Below, piece after piece: positions 37,985 through 49,974 of a stretch of DNA of 64,000 bases (position 1 is its first letter; every line of letters begins with the position of its first letter). A model generated the notes under the pieces. The model saw nothing but the letters and a program-made list of their open reading frames with translations. It was not told the DNA's origin and ran no database searches. The DNA lies in NCBI GenBank assembly GCA_010015805.1, contig ML978124.1, positions 248,001 through 312,000 of the forward strand, in the 5' to 3' direction. The position numbers and the translations under genes are program-made. The DNA comes from Rhizodiscina lignyota. Lineage: Eukaryota.

Positions 37985-38678
37985 AAAGCTCTGCATGGAC
38001 GGAATGATTTGTCGGGGCCCAAGTTTCATGCAACGTCTTTCTCCACTCTTTTTGGTTCTATAGAGATTAAGCGCTGCAGCTGTCCGCCTGCCCCAGTTCG
38101 TTGTAATGATAAGGCCATCGAAATATACGCCATTCACAAACTTTCCACTTTGGGGAGCTTGAGCTAAACTTCAGCCGGGTGTAATTTTGTTTATAAAGAT
38201 GTGCTTCAACGCTAACTTGAGGGTAACTAGCAGGTTATGCACAGTATGTTCTCCGTGAGTCGAACAGACAAAGGTTCTGAAATTTTACAGTGACTGTAGG
38301 ATTTTTCACGACAATTAACTCTGGCACTTACACTACTTCTCCACGCGCCGAAGTCAATTTTCTCTCCCTTGCAGAGGTTTAGCGCGTGCATTAGCTGAGA
38401 TTTCAGCAGATGCTTTTAAGCTTAATGCTTCAGCCAATCAGAGACTGCTTGGTTTCCCGAATTAGTAACTAGTCGCGATGCTCGATCCAGGAACATAGAC
38501 TTCGCATATGCAGGTGGTGTCGTCATCCCGCGACTGATCGAGTTCGAGTCCTTACTTAAGAACGTTGTCACCATGTGGACGCCTAAAATACGCTGCTCCC
38601 GCCACTTCAATATCCTCTACGAGCCTTAAAATCTACGAAATCAGTGGAATCCACATCGACATATCTCCTAACATCACG

Positions 38679-39092
38679 ATGTACATCCCGAATGTCCAAC
38701 AAGTCATCGCTTCCGGGCTTGCCATCACCTCGATCCCTTATTTCCAAACTACCGGCGAGGTAGTCTCCGGCAAAGTCCTCGACTATGCCGTGGAGAAATG
38801 CATCGATTCCGACAAGAACGTTCGCTGCTCCAAGCCATTCATTGTCAAGAAGGACAGTTGCTACACACTCTCGTGGACCACAGAGGGAGCGCTGAGCCAC
38901 ACAACTGCGGAGGTCCGAGATGCCGGTTCGGGGGAGACGGTATATTACAGAGACACAAACGGCGAATGGAAGCCGGAGAAGGGAGAGCTGGTATACCTGG
39001 ATTTCAAGCCGAAGATTGCTGGGCAAGCCAACAAGACTGTGGAGTATAAGGTTGAGACATGCGAAGAGGACAAGGTGCACTTGGAGGCGTGA
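38679..39092 (+). CDS. Small hypothetical protein (137 aa, 4 Cys), possibly secreted
   Basis: Good start context (cacgATG), GC3-rich coding-like codon usage, mildly hydrophobic N-terminus. No family recognised. Confidence 0.65.
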   Translation: MYIPNVQQVIASGLAITSIPYFQTTGEVVSGKVLDYAVEKCIDSDKNVRCSKPFIVKKDSCYTLSWTTEGALSHTTAEVRDAGSGETVYYRDTNGEWKPEKGELVYLDFKPKIAGQANKTVEYKVETCEEDKVHLEA

Positions 39093-39596
39093 GAGTGTGA
39101 TCATCAATGCATAACAGCAGTGGGAGCTGTGGATGCAACCATATGGCGTCAGGCAGCATTCATATCAGGCATGGAACCAAGTTAACCATCAAACTTTGGC
39201 CCACTACACCGAATTAATGGAGATCCTTCATGGAGTTGTTTTGTCCTGAAAACCCTAACCCTCATGTGCCAAGTCCGCGAACGTTTCTGATTTCGCCAAA
39301 ATTTGCACTTCGATTCGCAGCCCATCAATCTAATAATCTCGCCCAATATCCGTATCCGATTCTGTTTGCTTTAATTATCAATGCGGCTTTTCAACTAAAT
39401 CCTACGCGAGGATTCTATACGAAGTGATTAGAAAGGCTTTTGACAGAACGCATTGATGTGCGCATCACCAGATCTGAACTAGTCTACCAGGTACGAAGTT
39501 CTATTGTCAAAGAAACATCTCAATCGGAAATCCAAATTGCCTGAATCATAATTCATCGATGGATTAATGGATCTATATGCTTCTCCATACCCCGAA

Positions 39597-39629
39597 CCAT
39601 ATCAAGGCCATATCAAGGCCATATCAAGG
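39597..39629. repeat. Tandem repeat (CCATATCAAGG)x3
   Basis: Three perfect 11-bp units read directly. Confidence 0.9.
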
Positions 39630-41030
39630 TATGGCACAACATGTAGCTCCACGGCTGTGGGGGGGTTCTTTTTGTTTCACATTTCTTGATAATGCCAGAG
39701 CTATGTATGCAGACTGCTCTCATCAGTTTTCCAATGTCTTCCTCAATCCTCTAAGTCGATGCGCCCCTCCCCCTTGCGATGGATCTGCATGACGTTGAAG
39801 ATTCGGAAGACAGACGGGGCTCTCCACCTCCTCCCGCAATTGGGACATCTTTCCTGGCATTCACATTCACAAAGTTGACCTTTCTACAATCACACTTGTG
39901 GTTTCTGTTCAGTGCAGTCGTACATCGTCGGTTGCATGGCCATATTCTTGCACGGACTTCGGCGTAAGGGTGTGCCTTGATATTGTAAGAGTTGCAGCTC
40001 AAAACGGATCGACAAGCAATCGCCGCTCTCAGCCGATTAGAGCACACTTGGGAAGATGGATCCGATGCGCAAAAGATACGTCTGTCCCGGACGCGTATTT
40101 GGACCGCTGGCGGACATTATGATTGAGAATGACTGGAATGATCGCACATACCTTTGCAACACGAGAATCGCACACTCACTCTCGTCGACCCTTACGTTGC
40201 AACTTACGGGAGTTGTGAGTGCTTTGGGCTATTCAATCATTGCAGTATTCTACAGTCTGTGTCTACGACTGCTGGGCAGACGTCATCAGTCACACAATCT
40301 TCCCCGGAATACGAGCAATGTTATGCAGGAGGGCATAGTGCACATTCACATCTCCGCTCGACAGCACTTTCCTACAAAATAGCCTTGTGATCTTCGCCGT
40401 GCTAAATCAAGGCAAGGGGTTGGTGACCTAAGTTTAGACAGCCCTCGGCCGTGCGCATGCTGTACGACACGGTATATCCCGGACGTCGAAGGATTCTCCC
40501 CTGAGTCTCTCAGCCTGGGTGTTCTCGACCTGGAGAGTTCATCTCAATTATCTACTCCTCAGACCTGAGTATGAACTGCTCTCGAATCCGCAGGTGCCAA
40601 ATATTCCGCAGGTTCCCGCCGAGTGGCCTTCGTCAAGGGCTTTGAAGACACTTGGATTCCATTATCGATGGCATCTCGTATAGCAACATGTCGCTTGTTC
40701 ATGGATACCCAAAGCAGTTCAACCTGTCATTGCCCATTACTGATGCACTGCCAAGCGAGGAGAACTGAATATAGCACCCGCCAAGCCCGTAGCAACCACT
40801 GTGCTTTCCGGATGGAAGCATACCACGACATGAATGTCGCTAAATTCCTAGGCTGATGCAATGAATTAAGTTCAGGATAACCTGTCGCGATGCGTCTCCG
40901 GATCTCCGATTTACGGCACAGCGCGTTGGAAGTCTCGGTCTATATGACCCTCCTCTTCCCTTGAGAATGGGAGCTCCAAAACGTGCCATACCGAATCTTG
41001 CAATTCTACAAACGCTTCAAGTGATCCAAG

Positions 41031-42039
41031 ATGTTCTCATTTTTCAAGTCATTGACTCTGTTTGTTCTCACTAGCTCTGCCCTCGGCAATCCAGTCGAGG
41101 ACATCTTCGGCCGTGCTGTCGGCGACTCTTGCAAAGCTCCTTTGGGCTCCGGTACTTGCAAGCATACGAAAGACTGCGTCGGGGTGTCTTACCCAACTAA
41201 TCTCTGCCCAAAAGATCCGGACGATGTCCAGGTACATGAATAAACTCTCATGATAGCAGCTCCGACTAACTTCTGCTAGTGCTGCTATGTCAAGTCTTGC
41301 ACCGCCAACGGCGAAGATGGCTACTGTCGTAGTAAGAAATGGAATGGATGCCCCGGTGGCGATTTTGTGCCCAACCACTGCCCTGGAGATGATGACATTC
41401 AATGCTGCGTGAAAGGCTCCACGCCGCCTCCATCGTCTGTTCCGCAGAAGATCATCTCCTACGCTAAAGAGCAAAAAGGCGTCGACTGTGAGTTTCGATT
41501 CCAGACTTTAGGCATTAATTGTCATCTCTTTACTCATTGTTCATAGATGTCTGGGGAGGTGGCTCTTGCAGTGGTCCAACCAGTGGCGGCTTTGACTGTT
41601 CTGGTCTGCTCTGCTATGCCATCTGTAAGGCGACCGGTCGAGACTTGTTCAAAGAAGGTCTACGCGTAACCCGCACCATGTATTGTGCCGGCGAGAGCAA
41701 GCTCAAGTACAAGTATGTGTCCGATGGATGCATCAATCCTGTTTGTTCAGCGACTAATCCTCAATCTCAGAAAATACGCTTACTCCCAGCGCAAGGCTGG
41801 CGATGCTGTCTTCTTTGGCGGCAAATGCGACTGCGCTAGTGATCCAGAAGGTATCCATCATGTCGGTATCATGCTGGATTCGGGCACGAGCATGTGGTAT
41901 GTTTATACTGCGCTCTTTGTTGTACCAATGGCTGATTTGAACGACCAGGAATGCTCTGAAGACGGGCACTACTATCCGTGAGGATAATTTTGGTAGCTGG
42001 AGCGAGAAGCCTTGCCCATATGTCATCCGCTTCGATTGA
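41031..42039 (+). CDS. Secreted NlpC/P60 cysteine peptidase with two N-terminal 6-Cys repeats (5 exons)
   Basis: Signal peptide, two C..C..C..CP.D...QCC modules, YVWGGG.C.GP..GGFDCSGL (catalytic Cys), GDAVFF, IHHVGI (His), MWNA. Introns 41232-41279, 41488-41546, 41713-41770, ~41896-41948. Confidence 0.9.
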
Positions 42040-42443
42040 GCCGTTCACTGTCTGATTATCGATTTCTCGACGTCACTCGTTGTCTTGGAACATCGCTGTA
42101 GCAGCTAAGCTAAGCTAAGCTCAAGAGTAGAGCCTGTCAAGTGAATTGATCATCCATAAGACTTTCCTTTCACTATACTACTCCAGAATGAGCAGACCGC
42201 TCTCTCTTTCATAGTATTATTCTCGTCCTCCACTTTACCAGGACGTCCAAGTGAAGCGTCTTCGCCTAAGCGCCACTGTCGAAGCTTCGAGCTTGTTTTG
42301 AGTCACTAACACCTCATTACTACCTCATTATTGACTCATCATTGACTCATCATTGACTCAAAAAAAGTCTAACTCTCCACCTCAAAAGCCTAACCTCTCA
42401 TTTCCGCCCCATGTGATACATTAATCTCCCGTGCCTGACCACT

Positions 42444-42485
42444 AGCGCGGGTGTTGTTGTCCTCAGCGCGGGTGTTGTTGTCCTC
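42444..42485. repeat. 21-bp tandem duplication AGCGCGGGTGTTGTTGTCCTC x2
   Basis: Read directly. Confidence 0.9.
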
Positions 42486-42911
42486 AGGCGGCTGTCATTG
42501 TCTTCACAGTCCTGCATTTCAGCCCGGGCCATGTGTTCAATAACATTCCGGCTCCATCACCTTCCGGTTCAATCACCTTCCCATCCTTGTTTTGCCTGCA
42601 CTAGCGCGTTTTGCTCTGGATATAAAAACCTCACTTCTTCTGGCCTTCTTCCTTCCTTTCCTCCACTCCACATCTTTTTCATAAATTTGTTCAACATTCA
42701 GCGTCTTTTCCTTACAACTGCTCCTGTTTCTTTTGTTTGCGTTCATTGAAGCTTTCAAAGGTCTCTCTTGTTTAGAACCTTTTTTTCTGACTGAGTTTTG
42801 TAGAGATTCCACTTCACTCTCTTTGCTCGACTTCGACCAACACTTCAGCAACCTCATCAACCTCACTCGACCTCATCACCCTCACTCGACCTCATCGACA
42901 TCCACTCGCAT

Positions 42912-42980
42912 CAACATCTCGAACCGACCACCGACAACATCTCGAACCGACCACCGACAACATCTCGAACCGACCACCGA
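42912..42980. repeat. 23-bp minisatellite CAACATCTCGAACCGACCACCGA x3
   Basis: Three perfect units read directly. Confidence 0.92.
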
Positions 42981-43570
42981 CAACACACCTCGCCACGTCT
43001 TCCCAGGTTCAATGTCTGCTGCTGGCCCCTTTTCTTTTGTTCAAGTTTTTGCTCACTTTTGCCCGGCTTGGCACTGTCCGTATTGCGCTTCCGGCCATCG
43101 ATGGAAACATCGATGTGGTACTGCGTCCACGGAGCCCCATTGATTTGGCGAGACCGCTGGTCCCAATACGGGGTCGGCAAAAACGCGTCAACAACGTTCT
43201 CAGTACAGCATCGACCTTCCGCCGGGCAGTTCAAGTCCACCGCACTATCTAGGTTCGGAATGTTCAATATCTCTTGTACTGGGCTTGTTGGTGGCTAACG
43301 GGAGGTGTACGCTGGGGTGACTGGTCCTTCGTGTCCGTTTCCTTCTGGCTATCTCCCCCTGAGATACTGGCTTTCCGGACTTAGATGGTTTGCTCTTCCC
43401 TCGCATCATTGGAGCACGGCGGAGTCAGTCTCTTGCGGGGCTGGTTGGTGGCTGGTGAGAACTGGCTCCAAAGTCTTCAATGGTCGGGGGTTTTGCATTC
43501 GCGGCCCCAATTCCCCTACACTTGTTTTTGTTTTTTCAAGGCGCAGCATTGTTCCTGGGAAGACATCGAT

Positions 43571-43740
43571 CCGACCGACCGACCGACCGACGACCGACAA
43601 TTCGACCCGACCAACACTTCGACCCGACCAACACTTCGACCCGACCGACACTTCGACCCGACCAACAATTCAACCCGACCGACACTTCGACCCGACCGAC
43701 GACTCGACCCGACCGACGACCCGACCAGACCGACGACGCC
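43571..43740. repeat. CCGA microsatellite grading into a ~17-bp minisatellite (TTCGACCCGACC[A/G]ACAC) of about 6 units
   Basis: Read directly; units are imperfect. Confidence 0.9.
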
Positions 43741-44398
43741 CTCTCCGACAAAGGTGAGCAAACATTTTCATTTAATCGACCTTTGAAAGCTTCAACTCTT
43801 TTTCTTTTCTCTTCCATTTTCTCTTTTCTCTTCCATCTTCTCTTTCCTGGCCAGCGAAGTCGGACTCTGAAGCCTGTACGCGGCGCTGGCTACGAACCTT
43901 CTCTTTGAGGAGAGCCAATTCAGAGACGCAAACATTCGACCAATCTGTATATGAGGTCGGGACACAATTGGCCTTTATGAATGTTGATGCTTTCGCTGGT
44001 TTCATGGAAGGTTGAAGATGCCATGGTGCACTGGGCGTTAGCATAGAAAATAGATAGAGACATACCTTGAATGATAGCAACAGCTTTACTCACATGTGTC
44101 CACGACCTTTGCTCCTCATGCTTTTCTCGAAAATGACGTGATAAAGAAAAGAGAAAACGGGGAGGGCATATTATGCAGTCCACCTATTGACAATGGTGGG
44201 GCAGCGCCTGCTGCCATCAGAGGTGCCAACTCCTCCTAAACCTTTCTCTTTGTGCCTCTCTACCATGTAGGCTAGCGGACACGAAGCGTTGTGCGCACAG
44301 TGCTATTAAATCTTAACTATATATACCACTTCGCCGCAACCACTCAACGTCTCTCGAGCCACTCGACAAGCACGATCTACCGCCACATTTTCAACTCC

Positions 44399-46049
44399 TC
44401 AACCACCGCTCGCCTCCCGATAGAAGCTCACCGCCATACCAGCACCCGCAACGGCAAACATCTCCGCCCTCACGTTTCCCACCGCGCCCCTCTGTTTCGG
44501 CAACCACCGTCCACACCACAGCGCCTTGCCTTGCGCCTCATCGCCGCCACCAGAGCCACCACTACCTTCACCATGCGTCGCCACACAATTGCGCTGCTCC
44601 ATACCCCACACCTTCGCCTTACCATCGAACGACGTTGACAACAACCATTCACCCGTGGCGCTAAAGTCGAGCGACAGGATCCATGCCGTGTGGCCGGAAA
44701 GCGTGGCAACGGCTTCGCCGGAGGAGACTTCGTAGAGGGCAATGAGACGGGAGTCACCAGCGGCCGCGAGAAGGGATGTTGCAGGGGAGAATGTCAGGGT
44801 GCGGATTGGTTTGGTTAGACCTTTTGTACTTGTTAGCTTTCTGGAATTGAATGTGGAGGGGAAGGCATTGCCGGTTCAAGTTTTAGAGTTGTACGATGAT
44901 GATCAGTTGAGAAAGGAATTGGGGATTTGGATTGAGATAGAACTCACCAGGCAACGAATGCATCATCCGTCCCGAATCATTATTGAAGATATACACACTT
45001 CCATTCTCGTGTCCACTCGCCGTGAGTCGTCCATCACTCGACTGGAAGCAGCACATTAGAATGCCTTCTGCTCCAACTCTCCATCACCACCACATCACCG
45101 CACGCACACACGGGGAGAAGGGACTTACAATAGCAACGCTCATACCAAAGCTCCTCTTCGTCTCATACTCCCTCACTCTCCTCACGCCACCTGGCGCAGC
45201 AGTCTCGTCTGCCGCACCATTCGCTGCAGTAGCACCTTGCTGCGCGTTGAGGTCCCAAACGCCGATTCTGCCATCAGCACTTGATGAAGCAAGGTAGCGT
45301 CCATCAGCAGAGAGTGCGACGGCCCAAATCTCGCCAGCCTTAGGGGGCTTGTTGGCTACATATTCGGCGTCAGCATAGCCGTCCCATTATGCCATCTCCA
45401 TCTCCATCTAATATTCCAAAACGCGAAGAAGAAAAATATTACTTACCAGAACCGAACTTCACGCCCTTCCTCTCAGTCCAGCTCGCTCCATCCTCACCCG
45501 CTTCCCAGACCTTAACTTCCCCGCCAAAGCCAACGCTCACGAAGCGCTTGCCGTCAGCGGCTGATGCGACATGGTGGCAGCCGAGCTTGTGCGCGCCTTC
45601 GAGAGTGCAGATGAGCGGAAACGCATTCGTCGCGCCGGAGCCACTATCATCGGAAGGTGTTGACGTATTGGACACGGTAGAGAAGATGCGGATGGTGGAC
45701 GAGCCGGATGCGGTGATTAGCGACGTGGGGGTTGGGGCGATGGAGAAGATGGTAGTTGGATGCGCTGTGGAAGAAGTCAGGTCACGTAGGTTTCAATTGA
45801 AGTGATTGAGAATTTTGAGATGACATGATGATGAAGAATATGGTTTTGAGGCGGTTTAAGGTAGTGTGAGAAGTGAAATTGACGGATGACGGGTCGTGAG
45901 AAAGAAGACGAAGAGATGATGGAGATTTCTGAACTCTATTACAGAGAAGAGGCATACCATTATCAATCGTATGCGTCGTGAGGTATTGTTTCGACTGAGA
46001 GCTTGTCAGTGTTCATATTCATAGTATGAGAGGGTCATTCGCTTGCCAT
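44399..46049 (-). CDS. SKI8: WD40 protein Ski8/Rec14/WDR61
   Basis: Spliced N-terminus MSKQYLTTHTIDNAHPTTIFSIA; AHKLGCHHV, SVGFGGEVKVW, EIWAVALS.DG.YLA, LAAAGDS.LIALY, GH.AWI.SLD, AVAG...VSFYREA. About five introns, the first GC-AG. Confidence 0.9.
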
Positions 46050-46629
46050 CTTGAGGTCTACCGCGCCTTCGAGCGCGAGGTACAGATGTTTCGTCAATCA
46101 AGATCTAGGTGAAGGGTAAAGTTCATTCGATGAGAGGCTGTTGCTTTTATTTGAGAGGAAAGCGTTGAGTTTGGTCTTCCGTTGAAGGTGTCACGTTGTT
46201 TCGCGCATCGCAAAATTCAAGTCGCGTTTTCGATCGCGAACTTGCATGACGTCCAATATGCACGCAGCAAACGGGGTTTACAGCACATCACACAGATAGA
46301 GTCATTAAATATCATATCCAAAACGTGTAGCAGTAAGGAAATCAACATGGTATTACTATTTATACTAGCTGCACTGCGCCGGAGAACCCACCACACCAAA
46401 GTCTCGCTACAATCAAGAGCGCCAAAAGACTTTTTACTTTCATCCTCCATCGCACCGCGCTAAAGGGAGGACATACGACGTACTAAAAGAAGTGGAAAAT
46501 TACATAGAAAAAGAAAAGAAGGGTGGTGTATCTTTCCCGAATAGCATGCCATACTTGTGGTATCAAACCGACAGAGGCACCGTGAGACCAGTCTGCTGCT
46601 CCACTCCACATCGCCAAGTTTAGAGCTGT

Positions 46630-47825
46630 CTAGTATCCGTTCATTGTCATCCGCTGGCTTCCCCGGCTCAGTTCCCTATCTGCACTTGGTGAGATGGGCC
46701 TGCTCCCGCCACCGTGACCGACGGCGCTCGACTCCTTGAGCGCCAGAAGCTGCTTGGCACGGAAGGACTCGTAGTGGATCTGCGAGGTGGTCTCGATGAG
46801 GTCTTGCAGGTGTGTGCGGGTGAGGAAGTTGCGGAGGTAGACGAATTCGCAGTGGGTCTCGTCTTCGACTGAAAAATATAGTTAGCGATCGATTGCAAAT
46901 ATCAGTACAGGAGGCAAGAGCTTACCGTTGATGACGCCCCATCTGTTCTGACGACCGCGGACTTGCTTGCCACCGACAACGATAGTCTTCTCTGAACCAA
47001 CGACGGCGAAAGGAATGATGTTCTATAATTCATTAGTATGCCATACTAGAGTCATAGATACGACTCCCCACATACCTTGATCTGCGCATTGAGAGCAACC
47101 TCCTCCGAGTCATGCTCCTCATTGTCATACGGGTACATCCTCAGATTATGGAATGTGAACTCCTCCTTGATCCTCTCCTTAAATGCCGCCCTCTCCTCAA
47201 GCGTCAAGCTGTCGCTCTTCGCAATGACCGGCACAACATTCACAAACTCGGTCAGCTTCTTTAGCACGACGATATCAATTGGCTTGAGCGCATGGCCGCT
47301 AGGCTGGATGAAGAAGAGGCAGCAGTGGATGCGGGTATCCTGCAGGTAGCGCTCGCGCTGCGCCGTCAACTCCTTGCGCAGGTATGCGCTGTGCTGATCC
47401 TTGATGTACTTGACGATCGGGTCCCAGCAGCGGTCGTTGTTGATCAGGTCACCGTAGCCGGGGGTGTCGACGATGTTAAGGCGCAGGCGTACGCCATTCT
47501 CCTCGATGATGTGGCTGACGGCAGCGATCTCGGTGGTGCTGCGGATGGGTTCGTCGGGCGCGAGACGGCCCTTGCTGTCGAGGAGGTGCGATGCGAAGAT
47601 GGTGTTGATGAGAGTCGACTTGCCGAGACCGGTTTGACCTGTTCACATCTGTTAGAGCGCAAAGCAGATCGATTTGTAGCTGGATTAGTACGCACCAACG
47701 CAGATGATGTTGAACTGGAAGCCGCGCTTCAACAGCTTCTTCTCAATCTGCTGGGTGATGCTGTCGAAACCGACGTGGCTCTTGGGATACACCGGGCTCG
47801 GCGACTGCGTGTTGACGGTGGCCAT
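46630..47825 (-). CDS. CDC10: Septin, Cdc10/AspD class
   Basis: SHVGFDSITQQIEKKLLKRGFQFN, GQTGLGKST P-loop, DTPGYGD, AKSD, GR...WG, E...HCEF. No C-terminal coiled coil. Three introns. Confidence 0.95.
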
Positions 47826-48253
47826 TGTGACGGCTGTTCTTTTTCCACAAGCTAAAAATCCAAGAAAGAAGTTTCAACGAGGGTCAGAAGAAGAAAAGGC
47901 GTCGCGATCTGGGGTATCGTGTGGTTGTTGTAGCAGAAAGACTTGCTCAGACCCTTTCGCACTTTCTGGCGTGTCGCGAAAGGGGCATGCCGCGCTAGCA
48001 CAAAATTGGGAAGGCGCGATTACCGTAAAATCGCCTCGCTAGAGACGGATGCTAACTCTATAAGGTATAGTGCGGATACTTTTCATGTCGTTTTGAATAT
48101 ATTCACGTCAATCTATTGGTCGAAGAACGGACGTGCACCCACTAGCGCAGTATGCGTTAGAGCTTAAACCTGACCGTCCAAGAAATTCTCGTGATGCCTC
48201 AACGCGTTTAATATCATAATTACAGCTCGAATTGAGTGCCAGAATCGCCCAAA

Positions 48254-48936
48254 ATGGCTCTCAGACCAATGGCAAATCCTCTTGTCGAACTCCTCAACCC
48301 TCTAACATCTCCCTCCCTTCGATCTGCACTCACAACGCCCGTCCTCCGCCGAATATACCTACCAGCGGCTCTTGTCCCAGCTGTCTCCCCAATCCTCACA
48401 TTACCCTCGCTCCTACGAGACATATGGGACTCGGTACTACGTGCAGTGCCGAAGAAGAAGACATCATACTCAAAAAAGCGAATGCGGCAAATGGCCGGCA
48501 AAGCACTGAAAGACGTCACAGCATTGAATACATGCGCGGGTTGCGGCCGGCCCAAGCGGATGCATGTGCTGTGTCCGTACTGCGTGCAAGGTGCGCTTTC
48601 ACCAGCATTCTGTTCGATCAGAGTGGGCTGTGCTAACCCAATGCGCCAGACATTAAGAACTATTTCCGGGACCAGATGAACAAGGATCGAACAGCAGTTG
48701 TAGAAGCGGAGGAGCAGAAGTTAGAATTACTGGATAACCCAGAGCTGGATCCACGTGAACGGTCAATTCAAATAGCACAGTCACACGTTGGAAAGTCGAA
48801 GAAGACGTGGTTTGCATCGGCGACTCCAAGTTTGAGACGTGCCGTATCCGACAAGGAGGGGGCAGCCATGATAGAAGAAGCGGTGGCAGACGCCAAAAGA
48901 AAAGAGAGTGCGGACGGTGTCCGGGGAAATCCTTGA
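48254..48936 (+). CDS. MRPL32: Mitochondrial ribosomal protein bL32m
   Basis: Presequence, then AVPKKKTS..KKRMR and zinc ribbon CAGC...H.LCPYC. Intron 48591-48649. Confidence 0.92.
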
Positions 48937-49237
48937 ATTGTATGGGATAGTGTATTACTGTTTCGAACTCCATTCCATGGATGCTGCGTCCGGAGTAAAA
49001 TGCGCTCTCGCTTGTCGTCCTTTGGCAGACATCACAAGACGGATGCAGCATTAGATACGCACTAACATGGCCATCTAGTGCAGAACCGCTGTACAATATC
49101 TGTATATACTTTTGTACCAAATCTAGACAAAATCTATCCCCTCACCCGTTCTAAACGCCTCAAATCTAACTTTTGGGTATCCATGCTCTATCCCTATCAA
49201 TTCATATCATTCATCCCATCATCTCGTACCAGCACCT

Positions 49238-49974
49238 CTACGCATCTGGCCCCACGCAAAACTCCTTAACCTCGCGATATGCCTTCTCCAAGTCGTCATT
49301 CACCACAATCAGGTCATGAACGCCCTTCGTCTGGCTATACTCCATCTCCTTCTCCGCCTGCTTCAGGCGCTTCAGAATCGCGTCCTCGGAATCCGTCGCA
49401 CGCCCGCGCAACCGCTTCTCCAGCACCTCGAGCGACGGCGGGGAAAGGAAGAGGAACTTGGCCTTGAGGTGCGAGTTTTTGACCTGTTTGACGCCCTGCC
49501 AACCATAATATCAGTGCCGAATCCTTCCCTTGATTATGATACAGAGCATATGTAGGAGGGAGGGAAGGGTAGGTACCTCCATCTCAATATCAAGCACACA
49601 CGTCCGTCCCTTCTTCTCTACCTCTTCTACCGCATCGAAGCTTGTGCCATAGTAATTGCCCCCGAACTGCGCCGTCTCGATGAACCCGTTCTCACCGATC
49701 TTCTTCTCAAAGTCTTCGCGCGTGACGTAGTAGTAGTGCTCGCCCTCCTTCTCGCCAGCGCGGGGCTTGCGCGTAGTGTCTATAATTGTAGAGATCATTA
49801 GCTTTCGGTTCCGGTAGAGATGATGTAAAAAGGGAGGATAGACGACGTACGAGACACGCTGAAGCCGAATCGGTCTGGATATTCGTCGAATAGGCGCTTC
49901 AGGATGGTGGATTTGCCAGCGCCGCTGGGACCTGATATTACAATGGGTTGGGTGGATGGAGCCGTGGGGGCCAT
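49238..49974 (-). CDS. GUK1: Guanylate kinase
   Basis: [59 protein letters not shown]. Two introns. Upstream in-frame ATG at 50232. Confidence 0.95.

Noticed and set aside
39700..40400. Overlapping short ORFs with hydrophobic stretches
   Set aside because: No consistent frame or splice model and no family recognised.
42912..43740. Repeat arrays as CRISPR
   Set aside because: Units are contiguous with no unique spacers, there are no cas genes, and the context is eukaryotic.
48202..48207. MCB element ACGCGT in the CDC10/MRPL32 divergent promoter
   Set aside because: A single 6-mer is not distinguishable from chance.
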